64,000 nucleotides of DNA from contig NW_027437441.1 in NCBI RefSeq assembly GCF_964204645.1, positions 1 through 64,000 on the forward strand, given 5' to 3'. The translations under genes and the position numbers were made by a program. The notes beneath the pieces were generated by a model. That model did not search any database. It was not told where the DNA came from and saw only the letters and a list, made by a program, of their open reading frames with translations. The stretch comes from Tubulanus polymorphus (Eukaryota > Animalia > Nemertea). This document shows, one piece after another, positions 62,104 to 64,000 of the stretch; within the stretch, counting starts at the first letter, position 1; each line of letters opens with the position of its first letter.

Positions 62104-63405
62104 ATGGGGTTTCCAAAAGCTTTCCAATATAATAAATCAATTAAATATAATATTCCTGCAATAGATTTTAACAAAAATATTACATATAAAAATTTAGTTT
62201 TAAATTCATTAACTAATTTAGAAATTTATGTTACTGAATCACAGTTTTTTATTTCTAAAATGGAAAATATATTTAATACATATGAAGTTACTTTTACTCG
62301 AGATGAATATCATATATATAAAGTAAAATCTAATATGAAATATTGGCAGAATCAATTAAATTTTGCTGTTTATTGTGCAACAACTGGTTGTGGTATAAGT
62401 TGGAATGATCATTTGAATAACTTAGATAAAAATTTGAAAATTCTGATTTAAAATTAATTCACACAATATTTAGATTTCACACATATTTTCAAATCAGAAT
62501 AATATTAAATGAATTAGAATGTCCTTTACCCGGATCTAAGTATTTTAAAGAATTGGATGATAATATTAATCTATCTAAGTTTTATAAAATATGTAATGAA
62601 TTTAATATAAATATTAATTCTGATTTTAGAGCGCATGGTAAATTGCAAGGTATTGGTGAAGAGTATGAAATAAAAAGAAGTGATTATATGCATAGAATTT
62701 CAGCTTATCATACTTATAAAATTGATAATAATAATGGTTGGATTGATTTCATTTTAGAAAATAGTGAAGGTCTTACAAAATCAGGCATACAAAGAATAAA
62801 TCAATCTATTAGAACTTATTTAATTTGTATTTTAGGTGCACAAGTTGAAACAAGATCACCAATAGTTGGAAATGATAGTACTTCATTTGATGCGCAGAAA
62901 CAATTCAAAGTATTATTTGAAGATTCCATTCATAATGATAAAAATAGATCTATTCCAGAAAACATTGTAAGATATCAAAATTATTTAGATAAATCACATA
63001 TTAGATTAAATTATTGTATAGGCCCTAATCTATTAATTATTTCTAATGATTTAGTATTAAAGATGGGAAATATAATTGGTTATAATAATCTAATTAAAAC
63101 TGCAACAATAAATAATTCATTTGGATTAAATGATATAAATAAAAAGATTATTGCTGCTTCAAAAATTAATGGAAGGTGAAAAAAATAAAAAACATATTCA
63201 ATCAACAGAAACTAAAACTATGAATATTAAATTGGATAATGATTCTAAAATAAAAGATTACAATACATCAGAAAATATTAAAACTGATAATATTCAACAT
63301 GAAATAATTAAACTAAATGATGATAATAAATCCCATGAAAATGCTAAATTAGCTTTAACTTGTATTTTAGTTAGGAATTGTAATCGGAGGAATATTATAT
63401 TTTAA
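62104..63405 (+). pseudogene. Conserved Polinton hypothetical protein (frameshifted)
   Basis: YWQNQLNFAVYCATTGCGISW, FRFHTYFQIR, SEGLTKSGIQRINQSIRTY; homologue 39706-41074. Confidence 0.82.
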
Positions 63406-63428
63406 ATTTTAATTTTTTTATTATGTAA

Positions 63429-64000
63429 ATGGATGTAGAAGGTGGAGACGCTTATGAAATGGGAGAAATGGGAATTAATAATGAAGGATATATTGATGAT
63501 GATTATAATGATGCAGAAACTAATATTGATAATGATGATGAATCAGCGTATAATTCTAATTCAGCAGATAGTGCTTCTAAAGGCCCATCAACAGATGAAT
63601 TTGATAGAAGAACTAGATCGAGAATAAATCCTGAAAATCAGAATCCAGATTTAGTAAGACAGAATTTAGAATATAATGAATATGTTTATAATTTCAAACC
63701 TACATTTGAAAAATCTGGATATAATATAAATGCCAGAGGCGCCAGACTTTTAGTAAGAGAATTAAACATTTAGATAGTGAATATTATTATCATTTGAAAG
63801 ATGATTATTATATTAATATCTCTTATAAAAATCAAAGCAAAATATTAGCAGAATAAACTTTGAGTAATTTAGAACCAGAATTAAAAGAATAAGTAATGGT
63901 AATGAAATAGAAAATGTAAAACAAGAAAAAATAAATCAAAATAGAAAAGTATTTAAACAAAGAATTAATAATTTATTTGAAACAATCGATAATAAACAGA
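63429..64000 (+). pseudogene. 5' part of the acidic/coiled-coil putative membrane-active Polinton protein
   Basis: MDVEGGDAYEMGEMG... homologous to the gene starting at 39689. Confidence 0.75.

Larger units (their letters stand above)
49188..64000 (+). mobile_element. Polinton/Maverick copy B (left end apparently intact; runs off the right edge; interrupted by a HINE)
   Basis: Begins 5'-AGTAAT exactly where the piggyBac frame stops; polB followed by the same gene order as copy A. Confidence 0.95.

Noticed and set aside
34471-64000. A and B as arms of one giant inverted duplication, or as an active intact virus
   Set aside because: They differ at many sites, have non-homologous patches and independent lesions, and both carry multiple stops and frameshifts.

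Overview
This is eukaryotic (very likely invertebrate animal) repeat-rich DNA with no recognisable host protein-coding gene. Bases 1-27605 are a CpG-rich, dyad-rich 118-bp satellite array: about 215 monomers on +, then an inverted, more diverged block of about 19 monomers. All ORFs called there are artefacts. The rest is a nested cluster of decayed mobile elements dominated by AT-rich Polinton/Maverick (adintovirus-like) sequences. These comprise a capsid-gene fragment fused to the satellite edge (C), an 11-kb copy (A: integrase, packaging ATPase, major and minor capsid, membrane-protein genes, protein-primed PolB), a ~2.2-kb zinc-finger-only derivative (D), and a second large copy (B, from 49188 to beyond the window end). 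Also present are two Penelope-like retroelements with hammerhead-type motifs, a piggyBac transposase fragment, a ~6-kb non-autonomous Helentron (HINE) inserted in B, and two tRNA-derived relics. The three most notable observations are as follows. (1) Almost every Polinton gene starts at TAAATG, usually preceded by a T-run and a 5-8 bp spacer, which is the poxvirus late-promoter architecture and suggests a virophage-like dependence on a cytoplasmic large DNA virus. (2) The Polinton end is a long imperfect hairpin with a loop conserved between B and D and strand-biased G.T wobbles. (3) A 78-bp TIR/TSD-bounded cassette holds a 49-bp perfect copy of Polinton A sequence. Protein family calls come from motif recognition by eye; no database search was run.
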